Positions 10,422-21,038 are shown, numbered from the stretch's first letter. The stretch is DNA of 64,000 nucleotides from an uncultured Actinomycetota bacterium (GCA_963829525.1 CAWHIJ010000003.1:1472001-1536000); one strand, 5' to 3'. A program made the numbers and translations. Notes: a model not told the origin generated them from the letters alone.

Positions 10422-11201
10422 TCAGAGCAGCAGGACGACGAGCGAGACCAGGTAAGTCGTGAATGTCAGTTGCTCGACCGAGCCCAGGATGTCGCCGGTG
10501 ATGCCGCCGAAACGGCGCGAGCAGTGGCGCCGCCAGATCTCGCCTACGGCGAGGGCAACGAGTCCGCTGAAGACGTAAGCGGGTGCATGCTCGGCGTCAA
10601 CTGCGAGTGTGGCCACTGACACTGCCGCAATCGACGCGAGCGCGACGGAGGCGGCGGCTGCAGGGGAGACCGCCTCGCCTGCCTGCGCGCCGAGACCGCG
10701 GGGTGCGGCTGCCGCCACGCCTCGCCGACAGCTCAAGACAATCGCCGTGCGACTGATGACGGTCGCGCTGATGAGCGCAACGGCCCCGTTGCCGATGGGA
10801 GACGCATCCAGCAATGACTCGAGCGCTGCGACCTGAGCAACAAGGACCAGGACCAGAGTCACGACACCGAACGGGCCGATATCTGAACGCTTCATCACCT
10901 CCCGTGCCTGCTCGGGCGGACGTCTGCTGCCGAGCCCGTCCGCGACGTCGGAGAGGCCGTCAAGGTGCAGGCCCCGAGTGAGACAGGCGAGGGCCGCGAC
11001 GGCCGTCACCCCGCCGAGGAGCGGTGAACCGCCGATCTCGATGACGCCGAACGCGCACGCCCAAGCAATGCCGCCCAGTACCAGCCCAACAACTGGTGCC
11101 AGCGCCATCGCTTGACCCCAGGTGTGGCGGTCGACTGAGGTCGGGTGACCCACCGGCAGCACGCTCAAGGTGCCCACCGACAGTCGGACACTGTCGAGCA
11201 C
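10422..11201 (-). CDS. cobS: Cobamide (5'-phosphate) synthase
   Basis: TRGLHLDGLSDVADG, MKRSDIGPFG, FGGITGDILG; multi-TM. Confidence 0.95.
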   Translation of the reverse strand: MLDSVRLSVGTLSVLPVGHPTSVDRHTWGQAMALAPVVGLVLGGIAWACAFGVIEIGGSPLLGGVTAVAALACLTRGLHLDGLSDVADGLGSRRPPEQAREVMKRSDIGPFGVVTLVLVLVAQVAALESLLDASPIGNGAVALISATVISRTAIVLSCRRGVAAAAPRGLGAQAGEAVSPAAAASVALASIAAVSVATLAVDAEHAPAYVFSGLVALAVGEIWRRHCSRRFGGITGDILGSVEQLTFTTYLVSLVVLLL

Positions 11202-11203
11202 CG

Positions 11204-12334
11204 CTATTCCTCGCTGATGGCGGGTGCGGTTTCGGATGCGTCGTCGGAAGCGTCCTCGACTTCGTCGTTGTGTTGGCGGTCGGAGACACCGGCCTCATCG
11301 AACGTCGCCATATCGGTGAGTGTTGCTTGCGCTGCCCGCACGATCGGCAGCGCAAGCAGTGCTCCGGTTCCCTCGCCGAGCCGAAGCTGGTAGTCAAGGA
11401 GGGGTTCGAGCTGAAGACGGGCGAGCACGTACTCGTGGGCCGGCTCCACTGATCGGTGACCGGCCTGCCACCACTTCGCGCAGCGGTAGGCGACTCGGTG
11501 CGCCACCATCGCGCAAGCGCCTGAGACCAGGCCATCCAAGATCACTGGCGTCTTGCGCACAGCAGCCTGCAATAGGAAGCCGGTCATTGCGGCGAAGTCG
11601 GCACCACCGACGGTCGCTAGCAATGCGATCTGGTCGGCCCGGATCGGACGGCCTCGCCGCATCGCGTCACGAACGGCTGCGGCCTTGCGCATCCATACCT
11701 CGTCGTCAATACCGGTTCCGCGACCGGTGACTGCACCGGCATCCCGGGAGGAGAGCAAACCTATGAGCGCGGCGGCGGGTGTGGTGTTGCCGATCCCCAT
11801 GTCGCCGGGGATGAGCAGGTCGGCGCCGGCATCCACCTCCTCGTCGGCGATCGCGACGCCGGCTGCGAACGCTCGCTCAGCCTCCTCGCGCGTGAGGGCG
11901 TCCTCGACGGCGATGTTGCCCGACCCGCGACGCACTTTGTAGCGCGTTATCTCGTCCGGGACGCCGGGGATGTCGGTGGCGACCGCCATGTCGACAACGC
12001 GCACCGTCGCACCTGCCATGCGAGCCAGCGCGTTGACTGCTGCACCGCCCGCCAGGAAGTTCAGCACCATCTGCGCGGTGACCTCTGGTGGGTAGGCCGA
12101 GACACCAGAGGTGGCAACCCCGTGGTCACCGGCGAAGATGACAACGCGGGCACGGTCGAGCCCGCGGGGTGGGCACTGTCCTTGCGTGGCTGCGACCCAG
12201 GTGGACAGCTTTTCCAGGCGTCCAAGGGCTCCCGTTGGCTTTGTCAGCACCAGCTGACGGGCCTCGGCTGCTTTGGCGAACTCGTCGTCGGGACGGGTGA
12301 TCTCATCGCGGAAGCGCTGCAGGTCGACGCTCAC
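11204..12334 (-). CDS. cobT: Nicotinate-nucleotide--dimethylbenzimidazole phosphoribosyltransferase
   Basis: [42 protein letters not shown]. Confidence 0.96.
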   Translation of the reverse strand: MSVDLQRFRDEITRPDDEFAKAAEARQLVLTKPTGALGRLEKLSTWVAATQGQCPPRGLDRARVVIFAGDHGVATSGVSAYPPEVTAQMVLNFLAGGAAVNALARMAGATVRVVDMAVATDIPGVPDEITRYKVRRGSGNIAVEDALTREEAERAFAAGVAIADEEVDAGADLLIPGDMGIGNTTPAAALIGLLSSRDAGAVTGRGTGIDDEVWMRKAAAVRDAMRRGRPIRADQIALLATVGGADFAAMTGFLLQAAVRKTPVILDGLVSGACAMVAHRVAYRCAKWWQAGHRSVEPAHEYVLARLQLEPLLDYQLRLGEGTGALLALPIVRAAQATLTDMATFDEAGVSDRQHNDEVEDASDDASETAPAISEE

Positions 12335-12371
12335 TACGGGTACCTCTCCTCGAACACCGGTTGTCTGTCTT

Positions 12372-13718
12372 TCATATCTGCACCGGCCGACCCGCGACCA
12401 TGAACACGGCGTCGTCGCTGAGCTCGGCGACAGCCGCGTTGAGTCGACCTTGAGTGTCGCGGAAGAGGCGGCCTGACTGCGTCGCCGGCACGACGCCCTG
12501 CCCCACCTCATTGCTGACGGCGACGACTTGTGCCTTCGTCATCTTCCACGCCTGCAGCAAGTGGTCGATCTGCTTGTCGACGACAGTGAGATCGCCGTCC
12601 CAGGCGCCAGCGTCGTCCATCACCTGCATTAGCCAGAGTGTCAGGCAATCGACGAGTAGGCGCTCGCCACGGTCCGCGTCCAGCAGCGCGGCCGCGACGT
12701 CTCCGGTTTCGATGGTCGTCCAGTGATCTGGTCGACGGGTGCGATGTTCGGCAACCCGGACGTCCCACTCGGGGTCGTCTGGACGGGGCGGTGCGGTGGC
12801 GACGTAGGTGACGTGTTCGGCCGCTGCGAACAAGGACTCGGCGAATCGCGACTTTCCAGACCTCGCGCCGCCGATCACCAACGTTCGATGAGGTACCGCG
12901 AGCCGCGTCGCTGTGGTGGTGCTGCCGGTGCGCAGGATGGCGCCGTCCGGAAGGACGCGTGCTCCCCAGGGCTCTAGGCGCTCACCTAGCCGAATCGGAT
13001 TGTGGTGCGACAGATGCACCGCGACGACGTCACTGGAGTCGTTGACGGCTCCAACGGCTCTGAGTCGACGAAGCTGGTGCGGGAACGTGGCGAGGTCGAG
13101 GTGCTGGGTACCGTGCTCGACAAAGTCTCCGAAGGTCTCTTCGAGGAGTAGCACGTCGAAGGCAGCATTGGTGACGGCCGCAACTGTCTCGTCGGAGAGG
13201 GGACCGGTGTCGGTGGCGTAAAGCAGCCGAGCGCCGTCTGCTGCTGTGACGTCGAAGAGGACCGATTCCCCGATGGTGGCATCGCCGTGCGTGGTGGCCA
13301 GCACGCGAACGGTGTAGCCGTCGCACTGCAGCGAGTCGCCCGCAGCCACCGGGTGCAGAGCAACGGGGTCGCTCGGCCCGATCCAGTCGCGCAGCTGATC
13401 GAGGACGCCCTCCGGTGCGTAGACGTCGAGCTGCTCACGCCTGCCAGCCCAGTGGCGGAAGAGCAGCGCCGCCGGGCCTAGGTGATCTGGGTGGGCGTGG
13501 GTGATGAGCAGTGTTCGAACGCCCGAGAGCTCCGCGCCATGTCGGGTCGCGGCCGCAGGTGCCTCAGGACCGCAGTCGATCAGCAGTCGGTCGTCGATCA
13601 GTGCGCTGGTCTGGCCCCGAAGCACCCCGGAGGTTCGTGCCCAGCCGCAGGAGGCACAGGTGCAGAAGGCGTTCGGCCACCCGTCGGCTGCACCCGTTCC
13701 CAGCAGCTGGATCTTCAC
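12372..13718 (-). CDS. cobU: PhnP-like MBL-fold hydrolase fused to adenosylcobinamide kinase/guanylyltransferase (CobU/CobP)
   Basis: N-half [43 protein letters not shown]; C-half [34 protein letters not shown]; GTGA overlap with upstream gene. Confidence 0.92.
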   Translation of the reverse strand: MKIQLLGTGAADGWPNAFCTCASCGWARTSGVLRGQTSALIDDRLLIDCGPEAPAAATRHGAELSGVRTLLITHAHPDHLGPAALLFRHWAGRREQLDVYAPEGVLDQLRDWIGPSDPVALHPVAAGDSLQCDGYTVRVLATTHGDATIGESVLFDVTAADGARLLYATDTGPLSDETVAAVTNAAFDVLLLEETFGDFVEHGTQHLDLATFPHQLRRLRAVGAVNDSSDVVAVHLSHHNPIRLGERLEPWGARVLPDGAILRTGSTTTATRLAVPHRTLVIGGARSGKSRFAESLFAAAEHVTYVATAPPRPDDPEWDVRVAEHRTRRPDHWTTIETGDVAAALLDADRGERLLVDCLTLWLMQVMDDAGAWDGDLTVVDKQIDHLLQAWKMTKAQVVAVSNEVGQGVVPATQSGRLFRDTQGRLNAAVAELSDDAVFMVAGRPVQI

Positions 13719-14536
13719 GCCGACACCGGAGTCGCTGGCGGCGGTGACGGAGGAGCGGTGAAGGTGGGGATCGCGCCGAAAGCCGCCACGCGATGGGCGC
13801 GGCGCAGCGTTCTGAGCGCCGGTGCCCCAAGGGCAGCAATCAGCAACGCGTTGCCGATGGCGCGTGGGATGTCGAAGCCCCATGAGGTGGCGAGCGTGAA
13901 CGCAAGCAGGCGACCCAAGTTCTGGGTGATGGGGTCACCTGCGACAAAGGCGATGCTGCCCTCGGTGGTGATGAACGGCCAGAACCACAGGTTCATGAGC
14001 AGGCCGAAGGCGAGTGCGCTGGCCGCGCCGTAGCCGGCGAGCAGCACAACCTCACGGCGTCCGCGACAGCGGGGGAGTAGCCCAGCGCCCAGGCCAACCC
14101 ATGCGGCGGCGATCATCTGAAAGGGCAGCCACGGACCGACGCCACCGGTGATCAACGCCGAAGCGAGCATGGACGTGGCACCGAGCAGGAATCCGAATCC
14201 GGGGCCGAAGACCCGACCACCGATGATGAGAACGACGAACATCGGTTGGAAGCCGGTGACGCCGCCGGAGAGTGGGCGGAGGGCTGCTGCAACGGCCGTG
14301 AGCACGCCGAGCAGTGCGACGGTCTTGGCGTCGATGCCGCCCTCACTCATCTCAGCCACCACGACGGCGAGCAGAAGCGGTACGAGGAGCGCGAAGAACC
14401 ACGGGCCGTCAGGGCTGTCGGCTAGCCAAGTGCCGGAGTCAACGAACAGCGGCCAGGCGAACGCGAGCAAGCCAACGAGCGACGAGAGTCCGATAGCCAC
14501 GGCTGACCTCGGAGTGATCTGGTGTGCGGGGATCAC
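13715..14536 (-). CDS. ECF transporter S component (CbrT-like, cobalamin)
   Basis: DAKTVALLGVL, GGRVFGPGFGFLLG, GGVGPWLPFQM, WGFDIPRAIGN; B12 riboswitch context. Confidence 0.85.
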   Translation of the reverse strand: MIPAHQITPRSAVAIGLSSLVGLLAFAWPLFVDSGTWLADSPDGPWFFALLVPLLLAVVVAEMSEGGIDAKTVALLGVLTAVAAALRPLSGGVTGFQPMFVVLIIGGRVFGPGFGFLLGATSMLASALITGGVGPWLPFQMIAAAWVGLGAGLLPRCRGRREVVLLAGYGAASALAFGLLMNLWFWPFITTEGSIAFVAGDPITQNLGRLLAFTLATSWGFDIPRAIGNALLIAALGAPALRTLRRAHRVAAFGAIPTFTAPPSPPPATPVSA

Positions 14537-16140
14537 AACGCCTCCGGAAGTGCGGCGAGGACGTCGGCCACGGTCAGCATCGGGACGGGCGAAAGCACCT
14601 TGGCCACCTGAGGTGCGAACTGCGGGGACGCCGTCACGACATCACGGGTGGGTCCGTCGGTGACGATGTCGCCCTCGGCGATCACGACCGTTCGCGTAGC
14701 AAGGTCGGCCGCGAGCTCGACGTCGTGGGTGGCGACGACGATCGTTCCGCCCGACGCTGCCCGCTTTCGCAACAACCTGACCAGGCGGTGTTTGGTGGGG
14801 TAGTCGAGCCCACGCGTTGGTTCATCGAGGAGCAGCAGCGGTGCGCGTGCGGACAGAACGACCGCCAGCGCCAGGGCCAGGCGCTGGCCTTCGGAGAGGT
14901 CGCGCGGATGCATCGATGGTTCGACCCCGGGTGCGAGGTCATCAAAGAGTCGCCTGGCTTCGTCGGGATCGACCGATTCTTCGCACTCCTGACGGACCGA
15001 TTCGTTCCACAGCAGGTCGCCCGGGTCTTGCGGCACCATGCCCACGGCGCTGGTGAGGGCTCGGCCGGCGAGCTGAACCGGGTCTTGGCCACCGACCCGC
15101 ACCTGTCCAGCCGTCGTTTCGGTAAGCCCGACGAGTGAGCGCAACAGCGTGGACTTCCCCGCTCCATTGCGGCCCATGACAGCCACGATCTCGCCGGTGC
15201 GTAGCTGGAGGTCGACCTCATTCAGTGCCACGCGTGACCCGTACTGAACGCACGCTTTCCGTAGCTCGGCGACGGTTTCGGCATCATGCGGCCCGGCAAT
15301 GGCGGCTTCGGCTGGCGACGTTGGTAGCGCACTCAGCGTCGCACGCAGAGGTCCCGCAAACCGTCGGGCGTCGCGCACGGTCAGCGGCAGCGGCTCCCAC
15401 CTGGCCCAGCGACCGAGCTCGACAACAGGAGGCGCCACCGGGGCGTCGGCCATAACCTGAACGGGGAGGCCATCGGTGACGCGGCCGTCGCCGTGCACGT
15501 GCACGATGTGGTCGGCGAACTGCACCACGCGTTCGAGCCGGTGCTCGGCCATCAGGACGGTGAGGCCGAGGTCGTGGACCAGTCGCTGAAGTGCGGCGAG
15601 AACCTCCTCGGCCGCAGCTGGGTCGAGGGCCGATGTCGGCTCGTCAAGTACGAGCACTCGCGGGTGCTGGGCCAGCACAGCTGCGATAGCGGCGCGCTGC
15701 TGCTGACCGCCGGAGAGCGTGCGTAGTGGTCGTTGGCGGACGTCATTGAGGCCCAAGAGGTCAAGCGACTCTTCGACGCGACGCCGCATCACCTCGGGAG
15801 CCAGCCCCAGCGACTCCATCCCGTACGCGATCTCGTCCTCGACGAGCTCAGTGACAAATCCGTTGCGTGGGTCCTGCATGACGACGCCCACCACGTCAGC
15901 GAGCTCGCGGGGTGGGTGGTCGCGGGTGTCACGTCCGTCGACGGTGACGCGGCCATCGAGCGTGCCACCGGTGAAAGTGGGTGCCAGACCGTTCACCGCC
16001 CGCAGCAACGACGACTTGCCTGACCCCGTTCGACCGACGACAAGAGCGAGCTCACCCTCAGGAATGTGCAGCCAGACGTCACGCAGTGCGGGGACGGATG
16101 TGTCTGGGTAGGTGAGGGTGACTGACTCGAACCGAATCAT
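14533..16140 (-). CDS. ECF transporter double-domain ATPase (A-A')
   Basis: Two Walker A (GRTGSGKS, GRNGAGKS), LSGGQQQ and LSEGQ signatures, two LDEPT. Confidence 0.93.
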   Translation of the reverse strand: MIRFESVTLTYPDTSVPALRDVWLHIPEGELALVVGRTGSGKSSLLRAVNGLAPTFTGGTLDGRVTVDGRDTRDHPPRELADVVGVVMQDPRNGFVTELVEDEIAYGMESLGLAPEVMRRRVEESLDLLGLNDVRQRPLRTLSGGQQQRAAIAAVLAQHPRVLVLDEPTSALDPAAAEEVLAALQRLVHDLGLTVLMAEHRLERVVQFADHIVHVHGDGRVTDGLPVQVMADAPVAPPVVELGRWARWEPLPLTVRDARRFAGPLRATLSALPTSPAEAAIAGPHDAETVAELRKACVQYGSRVALNEVDLQLRTGEIVAVMGRNGAGKSTLLRSLVGLTETTAGQVRVGGQDPVQLAGRALTSAVGMVPQDPGDLLWNESVRQECEESVDPDEARRLFDDLAPGVEPSMHPRDLSEGQRLALALAVVLSARAPLLLLDEPTRGLDYPTKHRLVRLLRKRAASGGTIVVATHDVELAADLATRTVVIAEGDIVTDGPTRDVVTASPQFAPQVAKVLSPVPMLTVADVLAALPEAL

Positions 16141-17296
16141 GCCGCCACCGCCTTGGTTGGCTCCGGCAAGCGCTCGTTGGCACTTGCCGCCTTGACGGGG
16201 TGACTGCTGTTAGTCCCGGACGTTGCAGGCACCGGGGGAGCAACCATCGCCGGTACGGCGGCCAGAAGGGTGGCAAGCAGCGGCACCAGGGGCAGCGCCG
16301 GCCAGGTCAGGGGGTTGGTTGCGGGAGACATCGTTGCCGGCGACGCGACGGCGACCACTGTGTAGATGGCGACAGTGGCGACGGCGGCCGCGACGGTCAC
16401 CGTCTCAGGCCAGCGCCAGGGGTCGGGCCGGTAGACGGTGCGTACCGCCCGCCGGTTGGCCCGGTGGAGACCGGTGAGAGCGAGCCCGGCGCCGACCGCG
16501 AGCAGAGTCGCCGCAGCCAGTGGTGAGGTGCTGGCGTCCAGCAGGGCGTACCCGCCGACGAGTAGCACCGTGAGACCAGACAACGTGAGCGCCGCAGTGA
16601 AGCGTCGCTCGCTAGCGGGAAGTGGACGGAGCCGGCCAAACCCACGAGAGTCCATGGCCGCTGCCAGCGCCAAGGAGCGTTCCAGGGCGCCGGCGAGGAC
16701 CGCGGTGGCGGTACGAGCGACAGAGGCCATACCGCGTGACGGCTGACCGCGCAGCCGGCGGGCTTCGCGGATCAGCTGAAGGTGGGTGAGCGCCGACGGG
16801 ATCAAGGTGAGAGCAACGACGACGGCGACCCCCACCTCGTAGAGAGCCCCGGCACGCTCTTGAGCAGCCGGGTGGGGTTGGCCAGCGCATTGGCTGCGCC
16901 CACGCAGGCCAAGATCGCCACCAGCTGAAGCCCGGAGTAGAGGGCGGCCACGAGCGCCTCGACTGTGACATCGCCACCCAGGCGGACGCCGGCCATCCAC
17001 TCGGGCAAGATCACCTCGGGCAACGTGAAGAGGGTGGTTCCAGGGATCGGCGCGCCGAACAGCGCCTCGAACATGAGACGGACGCCAAGGACGACGGTGC
17101 CCAAGACGAGGAAGGCCCGAAAGCTCGCAGCCCACGGGGCCTCGGTTCGCTTGGCAGCTACGACGACCGCGGCGACCCCGACGATGGCGCCGAGGAGAAG
17201 AGGGTTCAGTGTGCGGGACGCCGCAGCGGCGAGGGCCAGCGCCCAGAGCCACCACGCCACAGGGTGCAGCGCCCTGGCCGAGCGCTGCGTGGTCAT
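16137..17296 (-). CDS. ECF transporter T component (CbiQ/EcfT), frameshift ~16850
   Basis: LHPVAWWLWAL..., ANALANPTRLLKS, EARRLRG and AAAMDSRGFG (EcfT Ala-Arg-Gly motifs). Confidence 0.88.
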
Positions 17297-18238
17297 GCGT
17301 GTCTCCTGCGCAGGACGAAGGCGGCGGCGAGCAGCGCAGCAACGACACCTAGCCCGATGGCCAGGCCTACCGGCGACCCTGAGCCAGATGTGCCTCACGG
17401 CAGCAGCCGCTGGGCTGATCGCAACGGCGGTCTGCCCGGGTGTCGAATGGTTCGCCTCTTGCCGACCCTTGGTTCCCATCTGACCGGTCTTTGGATCGTC
17501 GCTGTTTCGCTTCTTGTTCACGCCTTGCTGGATGTTTCCGGCCTGGTCATCGGAGGCGCCAGAGCCCGAGGACGCGCTGGTGCCGCCCTCCCCGCTATTC
17601 GCCCGCCCCCCGCCAGAGTCGTTCGCGACAGGCTTAGGGCCTGTCCCACCGCTACCGCCGTTACCGCTGTTACTGCCCGATGCGTCATCAGTGGGCGATG
17701 GTGCTGGGTCGGCCACGACAACACCGCACTCGGTTGCCGGATAGCCATTGAACCCGCAGATGAGCCCTGAGTCGGTCCGCAGCTGGATGCCTGCGAGGTC
17801 GAGAACGTCGTAGCCATTGGCATCGACAGGTGCGACCACGCAGGTGCTGATGACGGCACCAGGCGTCTCACCGTCGGGAGCATCAGACCTTGTACCGAAG
17901 TCGACGACCAGCCCGATGCGCTTGCTTCCATCGACGGCGTCGGTTGATCCGCAGATCCGACCGAACGACGACGAATGACGGGGTGGGATCGTCGATGACG
18001 ACGCTTCACTGACCGCGAAGCGCCAGCCATCGACGGTTCCGTCCGTCGGTCGGCGGCTCGCTCCCTGGCTGGAGAAGGACCAGTCGCCATCTCCACCCAG
18101 CCAGTAGGACCAGAAGCGGTACGACGTCGCTTGGGCCGGCGCCGCCCCCCAGGTGCCGAGCACTGCGAGCGTCGCGAAGAACGCCGCGAGGACGGCAAAT
18201 CCGCGCAGCGTGAGTGATCGGGACCTAAGGACGCCCAT
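17293..18238 (-). CDS. Secreted, C-terminally membrane-anchored SCO2322-type protein (frameshift ~17395)
   Basis: Signal peptide ending AQA; YRFWSYW..QGASRRPTDGTVDGWRF; LICGFNGYPATEC; Gly/Ser linker; alternate frame gives GSPVGLAIGLGVVAALLAAAFVLRRRHA*. Confidence 0.8.
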
Positions 18239-18239
18239 G

Positions 18240-19331
18240 TCAGCCGGCGAGCGTCCGTGAATCGAGAATGTCGCGCACGGGGTTGGTGGTGCCGACCGAC
18301 CGCGGGTCGCCCTTGGTGGCGTGTGCGGCTAGGACCAGGGCCGCTGCTGCTGCCGGACGGACGCCCTCGACATCGCGAGTGAACACGGGGGCGCTGGTCT
18401 CCAGCGTCACCATCGCGCTGCTGATCTGGACGCTGCCGTAGCCTGCGGCCACCAGCGAGAGAACTGCGTTGGCGGTGCTCCCCAGGTCGGTTCCAGGACC
18501 GAAGTCTCCAGGGATCCCGCCCCCGCCCCCCTTGATCGTCCTACCCAAGTATCCGGCGGCGACGGCGGCGGCGCCCGGCTGCACGCCCGCCTTCGGGCAG
18601 GTAAGCACCGGCAGCTTTGCGCCGACCACTCTTGGCTCGACGGGCAAGGAGGCACCAGCCAGAGCCTGGGTGGCCTGACTGGTGGCGAAGTTGTTCGCCA
18701 CCAGTGGCGTCTCGCGCACGTAGTCCAGCGCGCCACGATCGGTGGCATCTGACGAGCAGCGCAGCTGCACGGAGCGGATGTAGTCGAGCCCGGTGTGGCG
18801 TCGCGCGACCGTTGTTGGATCGATGTTCATGGCGAGCATGGCCTGCACCACAAGACCGGTGGTGTTGGCGTTGGGGCCGAACCCGGCGTTGTACTCCCAA
18901 CCTCCCGACCTGGTCTGCTTGCTGATCAGCCAGTTCATTGCGTTGCGGGCCGCCGCTCGCTCACCGACCGCCCTCAGGGCAATCGTTGCCATGGAGGTGG
19001 CATCGCCGTCTCCGACGCCGCACTTACCGGAGAGGTCGGTGTATGCCGGAAACCGGCCGTTGTCGCACTGCTGGCGCAGCAGCCATTTGACCGAGGAAGC
19101 GGGGACTCTGGCGCCAGCGGTGTCGAGCGCGATGAGCGACAGGCTCTGCCGGTAGACGCCGTCGTTGGTGGGGTCCTGCGCACCGAAGAGGCCAATGGTG
19201 GACTTGTCGTTGGGAGCTGGTGCGAGCCGAGCTGAGTCGGCGGCAGTGGCGCTGGGCACGCTGAGAAGGAGACTGCTCGCGACCGCGGCCGCGATGGTCA
19301 AGCCGACCATCTGGCGGGTGGTGCTGTGCAT
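18240..19331 (-). CDS. Secreted prenyltransferase/squalene-cyclase-repeat (alpha/alpha barrel) protein
   Basis: Signal peptide ending ATA; QW-like repeats WLLRQQCDNGRF, WLISKQTRSGGW; NANTTGLVVQA; first gene after the B12 riboswitch. Confidence 0.8.
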   Translation of the reverse strand: MHSTTRQMVGLTIAAAVASSLLLSVPSATAADSARLAPAPNDKSTIGLFGAQDPTNDGVYRQSLSLIALDTAGARVPASSVKWLLRQQCDNGRFPAYTDLSGKCGVGDGDATSMATIALRAVGERAAARNAMNWLISKQTRSGGWEYNAGFGPNANTTGLVVQAMLAMNIDPTTVARRHTGLDYIRSVQLRCSSDATDRGALDYVRETPLVANNFATSQATQALAGASLPVEPRVVGAKLPVLTCPKAGVQPGAAAVAAGYLGRTIKGGGGGIPGDFGPGTDLGSTANAVLSLVAAGYGSVQISSAMVTLETSAPVFTRDVEGVRPAAAAALVLAAHATKGDPRSVGTTNPVRDILDSRTLAG

Positions 19332-19483
19332 GGAGATGCCTCTCGGGTGAGCGATCCCCGGAGCATTCCCGAACGCCACCGATGTAGACGCCCCTGTGCC
19401 ACCTCACGGTGACGAACAGGGGCGCGGACGGGCGGTGAGCCCGGGCTCCGCCCCGTAGGCCTCGACGGTAAAAGGGAGCCGCT

Positions 19484-19606
19484 CGCCTCTCGTCGGGTAT
19501 TCCGGCTTGCCGCGAACCGCTGAAGGAGCCAAAGCCCCTGGAGCGGACGGCCTACGGTTGCGGGTCAGCGCCGGAATTCGACCGGACTTCCCCCGCCGAC
19601 AGGCGG
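19484..19606 (-). promoter_or_regulatory. Cobalamin (B12) riboswitch
   Basis: Minus strand reads GGGAAGTCCGGTCGAATTCCGGCGCTGACCCGCAACCGT...AAGCCGGAATACCCG, the B12-element core; P1 arms CGCCTGTCGG/CCGACGAGAGGCG; upstream of ECF/cob genes. Confidence 0.92.
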
Positions 19607-19695
19607 TTTAAGTTGTGGGCGTGATCTGATCACACCTAGGGAGGCGGCGTCAAAGAACTCGCCGCTGTGCGGCCGAATGGAACGGAGTGTTCGAG

Positions 19696-19911
19696 ATGGC
19701 ATGGGTGTGGCAGTACCTGAGAACCGATGGCGCCGTCGACCCGGCGCCCGATGCCGGCGAGCCCCCTTCGTTCACCAGTCAGGCTGACGCCGAGAGCTGG
19801 ATCGGGGAGGAGTGGCACAGGCTGCTCAAGAGCGGTGTCGAGGCGGTGACCCTCATGGAGGACGACCGCGAGGTGTACGGCCCCATGTCGCTGCACCCGC
19901 CCGCTGAGTAG
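19696..19911 (+). CDS. Conserved small actinobacterial hypothetical protein
   Basis: MAWVWQY..FTSQADAESWIGEEW..L...GV..VTL.ED...VYGPMSL. Confidence 0.75.
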   Translation: MAWVWQYLRTDGAVDPAPDAGEPPSFTSQADAESWIGEEWHRLLKSGVEAVTLMEDDREVYGPMSLHPPAE

Positions 19912-19926
19912 CAGGCGGTGTGGCTC

Positions 19927-20925
19927 TCAGGCGCGGGGGTCGGGGCTCTCGGTCTTGGCGGGGTCGCGTTCGACGACGTCGCCAAGCACCGTGTCGATCT
20001 TGGCGAGCAGCTCAGGCTCTAGGCGGACGCCAGATGCCCCGGCGTTGTCCTTCACCTGCTCGGGGCGGGACGCCCCGACGATCGCGGCGGCGACGTTGTC
20101 GTTCTGCAGCACCCAGGCGATCGCGAGCTGAGCCATCGTGAGTTCGGCCTCTTCTGCGATGGGCTTCAACTGCTGGACCCGGGACAAGATGTCGTCGCGG
20201 AGGTAGTCCTCCATCATGTCGGCGCCATCTGAGGTGGTAGCCCTGCTGCCGGCCGGAAGCTGTGCGCCCGGTAGGTACTTGCCGGTGAGTACACCCTGGG
20301 CCATGGGTGACCAGACGATCTGTGAAAGCCCGAGCTCCCTGCTCGTCGGGACGACCTGGTCCTCGATCACTCGCCAGAGCATCGAGTACTCCGGCTGGCT
20401 CGACACGAACCGGTCGTAGCCGAGTTCCCGCTGCATGGTGACGGCGTCCTGGATCTGGCTCGCCTTCCACTCCGACACTCCGGCGTAGAGGACTTTGCCC
20501 TGACGGATCAGGTCGTCGAACGCGTGGAGCACCTCGTCGAGCGGAGTCTCATAGTCGAATCGATGTGCCTGGTAGAGGTCGACGTGGTCGGTGCCGAGTC
20601 GCTTCAGCGATGCGTGGCACGACTCCATGATGTGCTTGCGCGAGAGTCCACGGTCGTTCATGCCGTGGCCCGTCGGCCAGTACACCTTGGTGAAGATCTC
20701 GAGGCCCTCACGACGCTGTCCGGCGAGAGCCACACCCAGTGCGCTCTCGGCCTTGCCCCAGGCGTACACGTCCGCGGTGTCGAAGGTTGTGATGCCGACG
20801 TCGAGAGCGGCGTGCACACATGCGGTGGCCGCCTCCTGGTCGATCTGGGCGCCGTGAGTGAGCCAGTTGCCGTAGGTGATCTCGGTGATCTTGAGGCCGC
20901 TGCGGCCGAGGCGTCGATATTCCAT
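19927..20925 (-). CDS. Aldo/keto reductase (Kv-beta-like)
   Basis: MEYRRLGRSGL, FDTADVY, IFTK, DLYQAH, WSPMAQGVLTGKY. Confidence 0.93.
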   Translation of the reverse strand: MEYRRLGRSGLKITEITYGNWLTHGAQIDQEAATACVHAALDVGITTFDTADVYAWGKAESALGVALAGQRREGLEIFTKVYWPTGHGMNDRGLSRKHIMESCHASLKRLGTDHVDLYQAHRFDYETPLDEVLHAFDDLIRQGKVLYAGVSEWKASQIQDAVTMQRELGYDRFVSSQPEYSMLWRVIEDQVVPTSRELGLSQIVWSPMAQGVLTGKYLPGAQLPAGSRATTSDGADMMEDYLRDDILSRVQQLKPIAEEAELTMAQLAIAWVLQNDNVAAAIVGASRPEQVKDNAGASGVRLEPELLAKIDTVLGDVVERDPAKTESPDPRA

Positions 20926-21038
20926 GGCGCGACCCTAGCCCGCAGCCGATCGCTCGCACCCTGACAGGTGAGTCGCTGCCCTTGACCGACGTTGTCGTTC
21001 AGGCCTTTGATGGGGTCCTTCCATTGTGAGGAGCCACC

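Noticed and set aside
16802-18238. 478-aa ORF suggesting a binding protein-EcfT fusion
   Set aside because: The alternate frame at ~17395 restores a TM anchor, RRR tail and a stop overlapping the EcfT ATG; indel artefact
18240-19331. Terpene cyclase/prenyltransferase enzyme as part of a biosynthetic cluster
   Set aside because: Has a signal peptide, no DxDD catalytic motif seen, and B12-transport context
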